From the human T2T-CHM13v2.0 reference genome, Homo sapiens: a DNA stretch of 64,000 nt. The stretch lies in NCBI RefSeq assembly GCF_009914755.1, contig NC_060942.1. One strand, 5' to 3'. The notes under the pieces were generated by a model, which saw only the letters and a program-made list of their open reading frames with translations, had not been told where the DNA came from and ran no database searches. The position numbers and the translations under genes were made by a program. Positions 1 through 17,892 of this stretch are shown in pieces; position 1 is the stretch's first letter; each line of letters begins with the position of its first letter.

Positions 1-630
1 TTACTTGCTATGTGATTTAGGGAAAGTTATTTAAGCTCTCTGAGCCTTACTTTCTCTGTTTATAAACATGGAAAAATACTGCTTTTCTCACAGGGTTAGC
101 TAAATTAATGTATGTGAACGTTCCAGAAGCCACAGGAACTCAAATAAATTGTTGATTCCCTTTATTTCCTGAATTAGAACTTAAGGCTTAGGGCAAGATT
201 CATTTCTTCTAATATTTGTCTCATCAGCAGTAAATATGTTGAGAACAGAAAAGATACCAATTAGTTTATTAAATAAACATTTGACTACTTACTGTGTGCC
301 ATAGGTAGTGTTAAATTTTGGAGCTCACCATTAGCAAGGTGAACACATGCATATGTAATTGAAATACAGTATGGTAAGTGCTGTGAAGAGGTACGTTCAG
401 GATGTTCTAGGACACAGAAAAGGAGTATTTGTGGCTTATACTGGATGGGGTGGGTCACCAGGGAGGATTCTTGGAGAAGTGTTGCTAGTGCTTGATTTTT
501 TTAAACAGCTTTATTGAGGTAGAACTCATATAAGATCCACTCACTCGAAGTGTATAATTTAATGATTTTTAGCCAGTTTATGGGTTTCTGCAACCATCAC
601 CATAATCCAAATTTAGAATGTTTCCATCAT
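1..630. mobile_element. Old degenerate repeats (MIR ~1-150, L2 ~265-490, L1M 3' fragment ~500-630)
   Basis: MIR core (ttatttaagctctctgagcctt), L2 end (aaacatttgactacttactgtgtgcc), L1M (acagctttattgaggta). Confidence 0.55.
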
Positions 631-995
631 CTACAAAATCATGCCCAATTGTAGGCCTAGTGTTAAAGGATGAGTATGAATTAGCCACGCAAAAATATTG
701 AGAGGAAGGCTGGATTCCTGGGAGAGAATGAGCAAAGACAGAGAAGCATACAATAACATGGTATCCGTGTGGGTGATATGTCTATAAGCAATTTTTTTTT
801 TCTGGAGTGTAAACCTGTGCGCCTGCCCCACAAGTTGTGTTTTAGCTTCCATGGACTTGAGCTCAGTTTCCTCATCTCTAATGTATAGTTCCTGTTACCT
901 TGTTGAACTCTAGGTCCTTTTAAACTCTCAACTCTTAGATTGTCAAAACTTCAATTAATAGGAAAAGGGAATGCACTTTAAAAAACTATAGCCAA

Positions 996-1649
<654 letters not shown>

Positions 1650-1944
1650 TTAAGAAAAACAGAATTATACTGATGCTTATTGATCCTTCAGTGAAAACTT
1701 TTTTGTTTTTAATATTTTTTTTTCTGGTTATGTAAGCAATAGTGCATATTGGGTAGAAAATTTATAAAATGCAGAAAAACAAAAAAAGTTTAGATCAGTC
1801 ATAATCTTAAATCCAGAGATAATTGTTATTAATATGCTGTTATTTTATGCATATATTTATATATTTAAATTGATATGCTGTAAATAAAATTGCTTTTTCC
1901 TCACATCATTAAATATTGTCAACATGATTTTTAATGTTACATAA

Positions 1945-2602
<658 letters not shown>

Positions 2603-3293
2603 TAACCGTTTCTTACATGTTTTCAGAAACTGTGTGTGTGTGTGTGACTTTATAGCCTATTTGGATAAACCATAATTTAATCAGTATTCTATTGATAGCA
2701 TTTTAGATTATCTTGTTTTTTGTTTTTACAGTACTGCAGTGAATATTTTCTTGCATATATCTTTGCATTTTTGTGAAAGTATATCTGAAGAATAATTTCC
2801 TAAAAGCAGAATTCTGGATCAAAGAGAATAGATTTAAAATTTTAATAGCTACGATAAGATTGCTTTTCAAAAAGGATCATGTTATACTTCTACCATTAGT
2901 AGGTGTTCTCGTGAGTCTTGTTTCCTCTATCCTTACCATCATAATGGATCTTATATGTGCCATTTTGTACTTTGCCACTCTTACATTAGAAAAGTGATAG
3001 CTCATTGTTTAAAAAATTATAATTGAAGTTGAACATTGTTTCCACTCATTTTTTAGCCACTTTTCTGTGAACTGCCTGTTCACATCCTTTGTCTGGTTCT
3101 CTTAATTTGTTGCTATTTTCATTAATTTGTTAATAACTCTTTGCTTTTTAAAGAAATTACCTCTCCCAATTTGCAACTTTTTTTTTTCCACATTTGCTTG
3201 TCCTTTGACTTTATTTATGGTCTCAGAATTGTCACTTATGGCTTGTGGATTTTTTAAATTGTAAAGTTAACATTTAAAGTGAGTGCAAAGAGA

Positions 3294-3635
<342 letters not shown>

Positions 3636-4439
3636 TCAAATGAATATCATAATGACATTAAAGAGGAATAAGAATTAATCCAAGTAACTTTCAAACGCAG
3701 TACTTTGACTGTGTACCTACCATCCTAAAGAAGGGAGAAAATGCAAACAAATTTTGAACTCCTCTTACATTTGTCCTTTGTAGCATCTGTTGTAGTAAAA
3801 CTATTTTGCATGTATTTTAGGATTGATTAAATGAGGGTTCCTTCATTTCTTTTAGCATAACTGCAGTACAAAAATATAGTTATTATCAATACATGAGCTG
3901 CATATAAAATTGCATGCATCGTAGAATCAGTGGTCTGTAATTATATGAATCATTAAATATATCATTTTAATTATAAAATTTAATTATGATGTGAACTGTT
4001 CATATGTAGTTATAAAGTCGTCTTTGTAACTTATTTATAGTTGTTTAGTCATAAAGCAAAATAGTAAGATTTTATGTTGGGGAGCAGTCAAAATGAAGCA
4101 CTTTAGAATGATGAGTGGTTTTTTTTTTTAAGGAATTCCATATTCTACTTTGAGAACTCTACCTCTGATTTTCATTTGATTTATTTTTTGAATACTCGAA
4201 GATCCCAGTGCTTTCAACCCTGAGAACTGAAATGTGTGATGCATGGAATATATCTCGAGACAATAAAATGAAAGAGTTTTTTACAAGGGGGTTTGTGGAG
4301 AAAATATTTTTGATTTGTAAATGCTGTGGTGTTTTTGTTCCTTGGTGTTAGGTGACTCTGCTAATGTTTTTTCTCTTGGTACAGGTGTAATGGATAGGTA
4401 ACAGAGAAGACCTCGTCCCTTCCTAGTCAGGGCATCAGC

Positions 4440-4683
4440 ATGACTGAGTGCTTCCTGCCCCCCACCAGCAGCCCCAGTGAACACCGCAGGGTGGAGCATG
4501 GCAGCGGGCTTACCCGGACCCCCAGCTCTGAAGAGATCAGCCCTACTAAGTTTCCTGGATTGTACCGCACTGGCGAGCCCTCACCTCCCCATGACATCCT
4601 CCATGAGCCTCCTGATGTAGTGTCTGATGATGAGAAAGATCATGGGAAGAAAAAAGGGAAATTTAAGAAAAAGGAAAAGAGGA
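4440..4683 (+). CDS. RALBP1: RALBP1 first coding exon (exon 2; exon starts 4385 with 55 nt 5'UTR), MTECFLPP...KKKEKR
   Basis: Acceptor ttggtacag|4385, ATG at 4440, donor GGA|gtaagt; peptide matches RLIP76 N-terminus; 244 nt, phase 1. Confidence 0.97.
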
Positions 4684-4714
4684 GTAAGTGCCATTTTTTC
4701 CTATGCCTAGATAT

Positions 4715-5037
4715 TTTTATTTTATTTTATTTTACTTTATTTTATTATTATTTTTTGGGACAGAGTCTTGCTCTGTTGCCCAGGTTGGAGTGCAGTAGCA
4801 CAATCTCAGCTCACTGCAACCTCCGCCTCGAGGTTCAAGCAATTCTCATGTCTTAGTCTCCCGAATAGCTGGGACTACAGGCGTGCGCCACCATGCCCAG
4901 CTAATTTTTGTGTTTTTAGTAGAGACAGGGTTTTGCCGTGTTGGCCAGGCTGGTCTTGAACTCCTGACCTTAAGTGATCTACCCACCTCGGCCTCCCACA
5001 GTGCTGGGATTACAGGCGTGAGCCACTATGCCTGTCC
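4715..5037 (-). mobile_element. AluS, ~30 nt downstream of exon 2 donor
   Basis: Full dimer antisense; TSD tagatat. Confidence 0.93.
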
Positions 5038-5287
5038 TAGATATATTTTAAATAAACTTCCACTCTAATTACATGTACCAGCTGTCTTCTGGAAACATGT
5101 GAAGGCAGAGATTCTTGTTTGACTTTTCTGTTCTTTATTTTTCAGGGTCTCAGTTTTTGTATATTAGAGTTGTATTTTGGGATCTTAATCTCACAAATAA
5201 AAATACTGAGTTTCCAGAAATGGAAAAGTTTTCTAGCGGATATTTCCTGAAGTAATAACTCAAAATGATGTCTAGAAAGATATTAAG

Positions 5288-5550
5288 CTGGCCACAGTGG
5301 CTTACGCCTATAATCCCAGCACTTTGGGAGGCTGAGATGGGAGGATTGCTTGAAGTCAGAAGTTCAAGAGCCTGAGAAACAAAAATGTAAACCATTAGCT
5401 GAGCATGGTGATGTGTGCCTGTAGTCACAGCCGCTTAGGAGCCTAGGAGATTGAGGCTGCAGTGAGCTATGCTTGCACCACTGTAGTCCAGCCTGGGTGA
5501 CAGAGTGAGACTCTGTCCTCTCCTCCGCTGACGCCCCACCCAAAAAAAGG
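5288..5550 (+). mobile_element. AluJ-like with internal deletion
   Basis: Degenerate Alu. Confidence 0.85.
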
Positions 5551-6044
5551 TAGATACTGGAATTTTCCCCTTAAGGCATCTTACTTTTCTTGGGTAGGTC
5601 GTGTTCGCTATTTGGGATACACTTTTTTGGAACCTTCAATAAAGTAGCTATTTATCTTAAGCAAATACCATGATACATTCCATTTGAGGTCCTATTCAGT
5701 AGGGAGGATGAATCATTTGAGCGTGGCTTTTTAGTATGTTAAAAGCAAATAAAGTGAGTTATGTTAAGTATTCCTTATTTTGAACTTCATGACATTTTAA
5801 ATTGATTTGTTTTTGAAGAATTACACAGAGTACACAAATTGTATACAACTTGATGAGTGGGTATGCCTGTGTAACCACTACAAGGATCTGGAAATAGAGC
5901 ATTATCAATTTTCTTTTGTGCCTCTTTAAAGGGAATCACCTACCCCTCCCATAAGTAAACTTCTTTTATTGTTGATTGATGCTGCCTGATTTTAAACTTA
6001 CGCATACTTCTATTTGTGTCTAGCTTCTTTTACCCAATATTATA

Positions 6045-6753
<709 letters not shown>

Positions 6754-7601
6754 TGTTTGTTAGATTGATTCATGTTATTCCATGTGGCAGTAATTTGTTC
6801 ATCTTTGCACTAGATATTGTTTCATTGCATTATATGTTAGAGTTTATTAATCTCTTCTACTTTTGTTGCTTGTTTGGGTGGTTTTCAGTTTTTGACTGTT
6901 ATGAATAGTGCTTCTGTGGTGTACATGTTTTTGTATTTCTGTTATGTTTATGCCTGGGAGTGGAATTGCTCATTTGTAGGCCATGTGTATTTCAGCTTCA
7001 GTAGATCCCTGCAAAACAGTCTTCCAGAATGCTTGTACCAGTTTACCTTCTCACCAGCAATGTATGAATATTCCACTTGCTAAAGCATCATGGTATTTTG
7101 TCCTTAAGATTCTTGCCATTCTGGTTGGTGTGGGGTACATGGTATTTTAGTTAGAGGGTAACTTAGGAAATAGCTGTTATCTTTTATATAATAGCTTGCA
7201 AGGTAGCTAGCTAAGGAAAAGAATTAGGAGAGTTACAGATATTAAAAAAAACAACAACAAAACCAAACTATGACAACTCTGACATGGTTGGTAAAGCAAT
7301 TGGGCACATTTGTCAGTGTGTGAAAAACCAGAGGTTTCTGATGCAGGGAAGTGGGCCCAGTGGATTTGGCCACCATCTAAAGATGAGGGAATTTCTCAGT
7401 TCAATCCTCTACTTAAAAGAGTCTGCAGTTCCTGCTGCAGTCTCCATAAAGAACTTAGCAGCTGGTGACAGGAGAGTGAAGTGTCATAGGAGAATAACTG
7501 AAACACATAAACAGTAGTGCAGTTCGTCATTCTCTGAGATTGCCTAAAGTTATAGGCTAGGCAGCACTTAGCTGGAAAAGCTAGGGTAGGTAAAGTGAAC
7601 A

Positions 7602-7819
7602 CAGGTTGAGTATCCCTATTCCGAAAATCCAAAATGCTACAAAATCTGAATCTTTTTGAGCACTGGCATGACACTTGGAGGAAATGCTCATTGGAGCATT
7701 TTGGATTTCAGATTTTTTGGGTTAGAGATGTTGAACTGGTATAATGCAAATATCCAGAAAAATCTGAAATTTGAAACACTTCTGGTCTCAAGTATTTCAG
7801 ATAAGGGATACTCAACCCG
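7602..7819. mobile_element. Tigger4/MER46-type MITE
   Basis: TIRs caggttgagtatccct / agggatactcaacccg, followed by TA. Confidence 0.85.
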
Positions 7820-8238
7820 TAGTATGTTAGAGGACACGACTCACGTGATGAAAGGATGCTCGGTCTACTTTAGAAAAGGATTCATTCCATTAGCCCTCTA
7901 TGTAGAGCCTTTCAGGTGTATCTCTAATGTTTGGTTTGCCTGAATTCCACTTACACACATATGTAATATAAACCCTGTTTCCCCTCCTAATATTGTAAGG
8001 ATGGTAACTGCTATCTATTTGTCCCCCTCTTGTGGTCAAGAGATGTCACTGCAACATCTCTTTTTGAGAAGAAACCCATTTCTTTGCTGGGAGTGCCCAG
8101 GAGGAATTGGCCAAGAAGTGAAAAGCTAGATTAGCTGGTGCCAGGTGGCACCGTTTTTTGGTTCTGTTTTTAGAAAGCATATGGACAGTTTGACATTAAA
8201 CAAACATATAACTTATACTGTCTCTGTTTCTTTGGCAG

Positions 8239-8697
8239 CTGAAGGCTATGCAGCCTTTCAGGAAGATAGCTCTGGAGATGAGGCAGAAAGTCCTTCTAAA
8301 ATGAAGAGGTCCAAGGGAATCCATGTTTTCAAGAAGCCCAGCTTTTCTAAAAAGAAGGAAAAGGATTTTAAAATAAAAGAGAAACCCAAAGAAGAAAAGC
8401 ATAAAGAAGAAAAGCACAAAGAAGAAAAACATAAAGAGAAGAAGTCAAAAGACTTGACAGCAGCTGATGTTGTTAAACAGTGGAAGGAAAAGAAGAAAAA
8501 GAAAAAGCCAATTCAGGAGCCAGAGGTGCCTCAGATTGATGTTCCAAATCTCAAACCCATTTTTGGAATTCCTTTGGCTGATGCAGTAGAGAGGACCATG
8601 ATGTATGATGGCATTCGGCTGCCAGCCGTTTTCCGTGAATGTATAGATTACGTAGAGAAGTATGGCATGAAGTGTGAAGGCATCTACAGAGTATCAG
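8239..8697 (+). CDS. RALBP1: RALBP1 exon 3: Lys-rich region, KEEKH x3, start of RhoGAP domain with arginine finger (GIYRVSG, R232)
   Basis: tttggcag|CT...TCAG|gtactg; 459 nt; in frame with previous exon (A+CT=Thr). Confidence 0.97.
8388..8432 (+). repeat. 15-nt coding tandem repeat x3 (KEEKH)
   Basis: aaagaagaaaagcat/aaagaagaaaagcac/aaagaagaaaaacat. Confidence 0.9.
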
Positions 8698-8907
8698 GTA
8701 CTGGGAATGTGCACTTCACTTGATGGTTTTTAATAATAACTTCAGTTTCATTTTTCGAAGGAAGAAAAATTATTGTGAGGAAAATTTGGCCTGGATCCTA
8801 AGCCTTATTCATTTCCTTGATCCTACCAGTTGCACAAAAATCCACCCCTCTCCCCAGCCTTTCTTTGGTGTTCTGGCATTTGTTTTTTTAATATTTCCTT
8901 CCATTAG

Positions 8908-9322
<415 letters not shown>

Positions 9323-9994
9323 CCTGCTTTTTTTTTTTTTTTTTTTCTTTCCTCTCTAAGCAGAGGCTCAGTGGTATGAGGGCCATCAGCAAGAAAAGAA
9401 AGGTTAACTGTGTGAAGGAAGCTTCTTGGCCAAGAGACACGTTTATGGACACAGTCATATAATGCATTTCCTTAGCTCAGCTAAGAGGCATGACATGGTT
9501 TTGGTTTTGGTTTTCTTGGTGCACGGTTCTTAGAGTTAGTGCAGTACCCGGTCAATACATGGAGTGGTCCAAGCAAGCTTCTGTTCCATCTCCCTGCTCC
9601 AGAAATCCTAGAACAGATACTACACCCAACTTTAGCCAAAAGACCAAGAAGCAGTAAATGTTTAGGCCCCACATGTGAATGCTTTGGTCAGCTACATGCA
9701 ACTATTACGTATATTAGCAAAATGGATTTTCTATTTATCTTTATTCCATATGTATACAAATTAAATTTCATACTTGGAAAGAATGTGTTTTGATTGGGTA
9801 TCTAAATCAAGCAATATGTATATTATTTAAAAGTAAAAAGATTTCTTAGAAAGCGGTATGACTTTTATACCAGGATAGGATGAAAGCCCTGACCTGTAGC
9901 AGCATCTGTGTTCCAAATTATTACATTCCCATTATTCAGTGTCTTGGTACCTCATCAGTTTCTGTTTAGAGATTTGTTTTATAAAGTTAATTGT

Positions 9995-10816
<822 letters not shown>

Positions 10817-12299
10817 TCACATGGTCTTAATAGCCATGAATTAGTTTTGTTTTAGGTAAAAGTTTTTCTGAAAATTTTCCACAGCTTTGTTCAAAGGATT
10901 CTTTTTGTCTCTGACCTACTTTTAATGTCTGCATTTTTTTTGGAAATTCAGAGTCATAGAACTCTTCTCTGTGTGTAAAAGCATTCAGACAGAGCTGCTG
11001 CCCATCCTTGCAACAGCTAGGGGCTGAACTCCTGCTCTGCTGAGTTTTGGGTTTATTCTCTAACCTGTGGCAATGTGCTGTAGTCAGCCCGACTTATGCT
11101 ACTGTCATGGACAGTGCTAATAATAATACTGCCTTTTGCTGGAGATGTTAGTTCTCACTTATGCATTTTAAGACCTTTTGCTGGAAGTGTTAGTTCTTGC
11201 TTATCTAATTTTAAACGAATATGAAAGACAATTTAAGTGATTTTGTACATTTTAATTTACTCATCTACATTTTCTTGTATTTTTTGGATTAAAGTGTACC
11301 TGTATGCTCTTTCTTTCTGTGGAACACTTCATTTGTAGTGTCCAATTTTTAAAAAGAAAACATTTTGATAACAGTTTCAGAGTAATGACAAACCAAACAC
11401 ACATTCTAATTGTCTACTTGTACAATTTGTTGGGTAGGTACTATAGGGGGAAGAATTAAATATACATGAGGAAGAGAAAAAATCTTTGCCAAGAATTTCA
11501 GTTATTATCACTTATGGTTTACCCATATTGTCATAAAAGTAAGAAAATGGGAATTCTAATTTTCTGTCACAAAATAAAGATTATATAAAAATAATAGTGT
11601 TATTTTTGTGTTTTGTTATTGATTTTATTTTATCAATACTGGATAAGTTACAGATTTATCATAATGCCATTAAAAGATTTTCACAAAGGATAAGGAATGC
11701 CAAAGTCCAGATGTAAGGAACCACTGTGAAGTGCTGTTCAGCTTAGACTGCATTTACCCACAGAAACTATCAGCGTTAATTTGTAGCTTGTTTCACATAA
11801 TTGGCTGAAAGTGTTAAGTATTAAAAACAGCAAAAAACTACTTTGTGTTCTTCTGAGCAATCGCCACTAAATTACGTCACTTAATGCAGATTGTACTAAA
11901 GACTTAAAATCTTATGTAATGTTTGCAAATCATTTGCTTTAGTTTCCTTTTGTTCAATAAGCAAAACGATTTTAGAAACCCATACTTTATTTTTTTTGTT
12001 CCAGCTCTGTTCAGATTAAGGTTATACTTAAAATAATCCAAACTTTAAAATAGAAATTAGATGGGGATGATTTAATGGAGAATAATTTTCAAAGTGTTTG
12101 TTTGGGTAGCTAATTCACCCTTTGCAATTACAGTACAATATTTACACATAAAAAAGTAATTTACCCACAACTTTTTGGAACATACTTAGGTACACCAAGC
12201 CACATTTTTTTGTGGTCAGTCTTGTGACTTGTTAGAAAAAGCAGCTGGCTGCCTGTGTAGAGCCAGACTTACACTTGGATTGTAGTTTAATTTTTGTCT

Positions 12300-13354
<1,055 letters not shown>

Positions 13355-13554
13355 AAGTGTAGTCTTACATGTTAGTGTTTACAGAGGAACTGTACGACCT
13401 TTGTGCAGATAAATATTTCATAACAAGAGGTTCGTTATTGGTCAGGTTGCTGTTCTCATCTCCTTAGCAAGGGTGGGGATAATGGTAAAGAAAACTTGTG
13501 TGTTTGATTTTCTTTTCTCAGTATCTTCTCTCTTCTGAATTTGAATGTTTTAAG

Positions 13555-13904
13555 GAATTAAATCAAAGGTGGATGAGCTAAAAGCAGCCTATGACCGGGA
13601 GGAGTCTACAAACTTGGAAGACTATGAGCCTAACACTGTAGCCAGTTTGCTGAAGCAGTATTTGCGAGACCTTCCAGAGAATTTGCTTACCAAAGAGCTT
13701 ATGCCCAGATTTGAAGAGGCTTGTGGGAGGACCACGGAGACTGAGAAAGTGCAGGAATTCCAGCGTTTACTCAAAGAACTGCCAGAATGTAACTATCTTC
13801 TGATTTCTTGGCTCATTGTGCACATGGACCATGTCATTGCAAAGGAACTGGAAACAAAAATGAATATACAGAACATTTCTATAGTGCTCAGCCCAACTGT
13901 GCAG
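13555..13904 (+). CDS. RALBP1: RALBP1 exon 4: RhoGAP domain core (VASLLKQYLRDLPENLL...SIVLSPTVQ)
   Basis: ttttaag|GA...GCAG|gtacat; 350 nt; cumulative 1053 nt. Confidence 0.97.
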
Positions 13905-14666
13905 GTACATGGTCTTCTCTACACATATACCCTCTGGTACTGACATTGGGGAACTGGGGTAATTTTCTATTGCTGAGTCACATGTAAAGCAGTGAACTTG
14001 AGAAGATAGGTAATGGATTAGCTTGAATACGGGTCTTTTCCTTTCATAATTTGGACAGTGTCGATGTATAAGATAACATACTTGCCCTTTAGCTTGTAGT
14101 GATGTAATTTGAATGCGGTACAGTCTTTGATGTGGGTTTATAAACAAGACCTGATGACAAGGATCCTTCATTAGGGGAGGAGGAGCCCATGGCATCTACA
14201 GTTACAGAGTTCGTGTGTAGAATTTTAGAGATCCCAGTTATTTAATCAATAGCATTATTGCTTCGTTAGATCACAGACACACATCAAACTCAGGCACAAA
14301 GGGACCTGTCATTAATTGTTTGGTCAAAGATTTAGCCTGAGGATTTCATTCATAAGGATGGATCCTAGAGAGACATGTTATAGGCTCTGAATCTGAAAAG
14401 GAACTTCAGGGAATTGGGTAGTGTGTTAATTGGTATCTTTTTACGACATACATACTTGGCTTTCCTTTATTGCTGCTCAGTTGGTGCTGTCATAGAGTAT
14501 ATGTTTTCTTTTAATTGCAGTTAATGATATTTTACTCAGGCCAATAAAAAGGGAGATGATAGGTTATATTTATTATCTTAAGCCCTCTTTTTGGCCAGTA
14601 TTCTGAGTCACCATAAATCACTGTCACTGTTATTAGAGAGTGTTTTCATTTACTAAAGAGCGTTTC

Positions 14667-14940
14667 AGTCAGGCGCGGTGGCTCACACCTTTAATGCGAG
14701 CACTTTAGGAGGCTGTGGCAGGAGGATAGCGAGAGGCCAGGAGTTCAGCCTAGGCAACATAGCAAGACCCTGTCTCTACAAAAAAATTAAAAATTAGCTG
14801 GGTGTGGTAGCATGTATGTGTAGTCCCAGTTACTTCGGAGGCTGAGGTAGGAGGATTGCTTGAGCCCAGCAGTGAGCTATGATCATGCCACTGTACTCCT
14901 CTCTGGGTGACAGAGCAAGATTTTATCTCTAAAAAATAAA
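14667..14940 (+). mobile_element. AluJ-like
   Basis: Degenerate dimer with deletions. Confidence 0.88.
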
Positions 14941-15321
14941 GATTCTTCTGTTACTCATTGATTACGCTTTGAAAGCAAAATGTTTCTCAGATTTTAGTTT
15001 GATCATTAGGATTTCAGGATCTGGTAAATATTACATTGATACTTAATATTACTATAATATAATAGAGATGGTTGTATCATAGAAGAGTCAAGTGTGTTGT
15101 AAGAGTAAGTTTTAGGTAGGAAATAATTTCTTGTAGTAGCTTTTCAGCCAACCTAATGCCCTGGCCTCCTAGCATATGAACATCCATACTTAAATGCTGG
15201 CTGTGTCCAGGTATTTGTTTCTGGAGTGAGGGCTTTCAACCTCAACCCAGCTTTACTACTGTGGTGCTCCCACTTCCCTCATGGTCCTCATTCATTCCAT
15301 TGCGTCTGTTAAAATATGTCA

Positions 15322-15685
<364 letters not shown>

Positions 15686-15988
15686 ATAAGATGTTTAAAT
15701 CAGTTAATACTGTGATAGAAAAAATAAACAAATGGATGGCATCAACTTCTCTATCCTTTTCTTGACTTTTTTTCCCTTCAGATCTTTCTGGTGCTTGAAT
15801 ACATGATTTAACTCATATTTTACCATTTTCTTCTTAAATTGGCTATTAACTAGCAAAGACTGTGTTGTCATTACTGGGTAGAATTTTCTTTATGTGTCCA
15901 GGATTAAAGGATATATTATGTAATAGACACAAATAAGTGAAATAGAATGATAGTTTTAATGGTTTTCTTGTAAATCTTTTTTTCTTAG

Positions 15989-16150
15989 ATCAGCAATCGA
16001 GTCCTGTATGTGTTTTTCACACATGTGCAAGAACTCTTTGGAAATGTGGTACTAAAGCAAGTGATGAAACCTCTGCGATGGTCTAACATGGCCACGATGC
16101 CCACGCTGCCAGAGACCCAGGCGGGCATCAAGGAGGAGATCAGGAGACAG
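15989..16150 (+). CDS. RALBP1: RALBP1 exon 5 (ISNRVLYVFF...KEEIRRQ)
   Basis: tttcttag|ATC...CAG|gtgtgt; 162 nt, phase 0/0. Confidence 0.96.
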
Positions 16151-16705
16151 GTGTGTGCACCCTGCCTGCCACAGCCTGCCTCTGCATTGGCTGTTGTGGA
16201 GTCCAGTGGTGATGGGCTCTTGTTTCCTGAACACTTTCTGTGTGTCTGGAGCTATGTTAGGCACACTGAAGTCAGAAATTCCCATCTGGTACTGTTTCAT
16301 GCCAAATAAGTCAGAATACCATGGTGGAAAGAGCATAGTTTTTGGAATCAAAACACCTGGCTTTAAATTCTTGCTCTGATCTAGTTAACTGATTTTAGGC
16401 AAATTCTTAACCACCTTAAGCACTGGTGTTCTTGCTTTAAAATGGATCCTCTTATAGGATTGATGTGAAGATTACCCCAAATGAGATAATACATGAAACA
16501 TGCCAGGCACGTTGTAAATAGTCTAAAGATGTTTGCCTTTTCTTGACAAGGTTGCTGTCATCAGCCATATTTTATAGATAAGAATATTAAAATTCAGGGA
16601 AGTTAAGTAACTTACCCTGTGTGACATGATTACTAATTACAGACCCAAGATTTGAGCCCAAATCCTGGGATTTTTTACTGTGCTATTTTGATGGAAGTAA
16701 CAATG

Positions 16706-16707
<2 letters not shown>

Positions 16708-16737
<30 letters not shown>
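16708..16737. repeat. (GT)n microsatellite
   Basis: Uninterrupted GT run. Confidence 0.95.
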
Positions 16738-16740
<3 letters not shown>

Positions 16741-17116
16741 TCAAGACTAAATAAGAAAGTTAATTACATTTGATTATTTATTTGCATGCAATTTATCAAA
16801 CCCCTGCTTGCTTTTCTTCCCTTGTATCTGCCCTGAGCTCCCAATGCTTACTAGTTAATGATGATGACATTGGAGATGGGGATGTGGATTAAGTATTATT
16901 GAACCAATACAAATTAGTGAATAATTAATAGGCAAAACAATAAGAATGATTTTTCAATCATATCTTCAAAAAAATAATTAGTGCCATTATTTTACTCTAA
17001 TGAAATAAAGGATAATTGAAAAATAGTTGATTCTTCATCTTTAGAAATTGCACGTGTTGTTAGTTTAAGATAAGAGGATATGAAATGCAACTAGGTGTGT
17101 GGCATTTGCTTTCTAG

Positions 17117-17269
<153 letters not shown>

Positions 17270-17319
17270 TAATGTTTATAATAGAATGTGTTTGAGTCTT
17301 TTATGTACTTTATGTACTC

Positions 17320-17892
17320 TTTTTTTTTCTTTCTTTCTTTTTTCTTTTGATGTTGACCAGGGTGGTCTCAAACTCTTGGCCTCAAGTAATCCTCCCACCT
17401 CGGCCTCCCCCAGAGTGCTGGGATTACAGACATGAGCCACCACCCCCAGCCCAAGTTCTTTCTGTTAAGAATATTATAATGTCACTTGAAGTGAACTTCT
17501 CTGGTGGGACATTTATTCACTAAAATGTTTCTAGTCCTATATTATTGATATTGCAGCCTGGTGTCAGTCACATGTTTCAGTGCAATCTAGAAAGTTTTTT
17601 TTTTTTTTTTTTTTTTTGAGACAGGATCTTGCTCTGTCACCCAGGCTGGAGTGCAGTGGCACGATAATGGCTCACTGTAGCCTCGACCTCCTGGGCTCAA
17701 GGGATCCTCCTACCTCAGCCTCCTGAGTAGCTGGGACTACAGGTGTGCGCCACCATGCTCGGCTCATTTTTTATTGTTTGTAGAAATAGGGTCTTGTTAT
17801 GCTGCCCAGACTGGTCTCAAACTTCTGGGCTCAAGCAGTCCTCCCACCCCCCAAAGTGCTAGGATTATAGGCATAAGCCACCATGCCTGGCC
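17320..17892 (-). mobile_element. Alu left monomer (17320-17452) and AluJ-like (17595-17892)
   Basis: Antisense Alu sequence; TSD tagaaagttttt. Confidence 0.9.
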
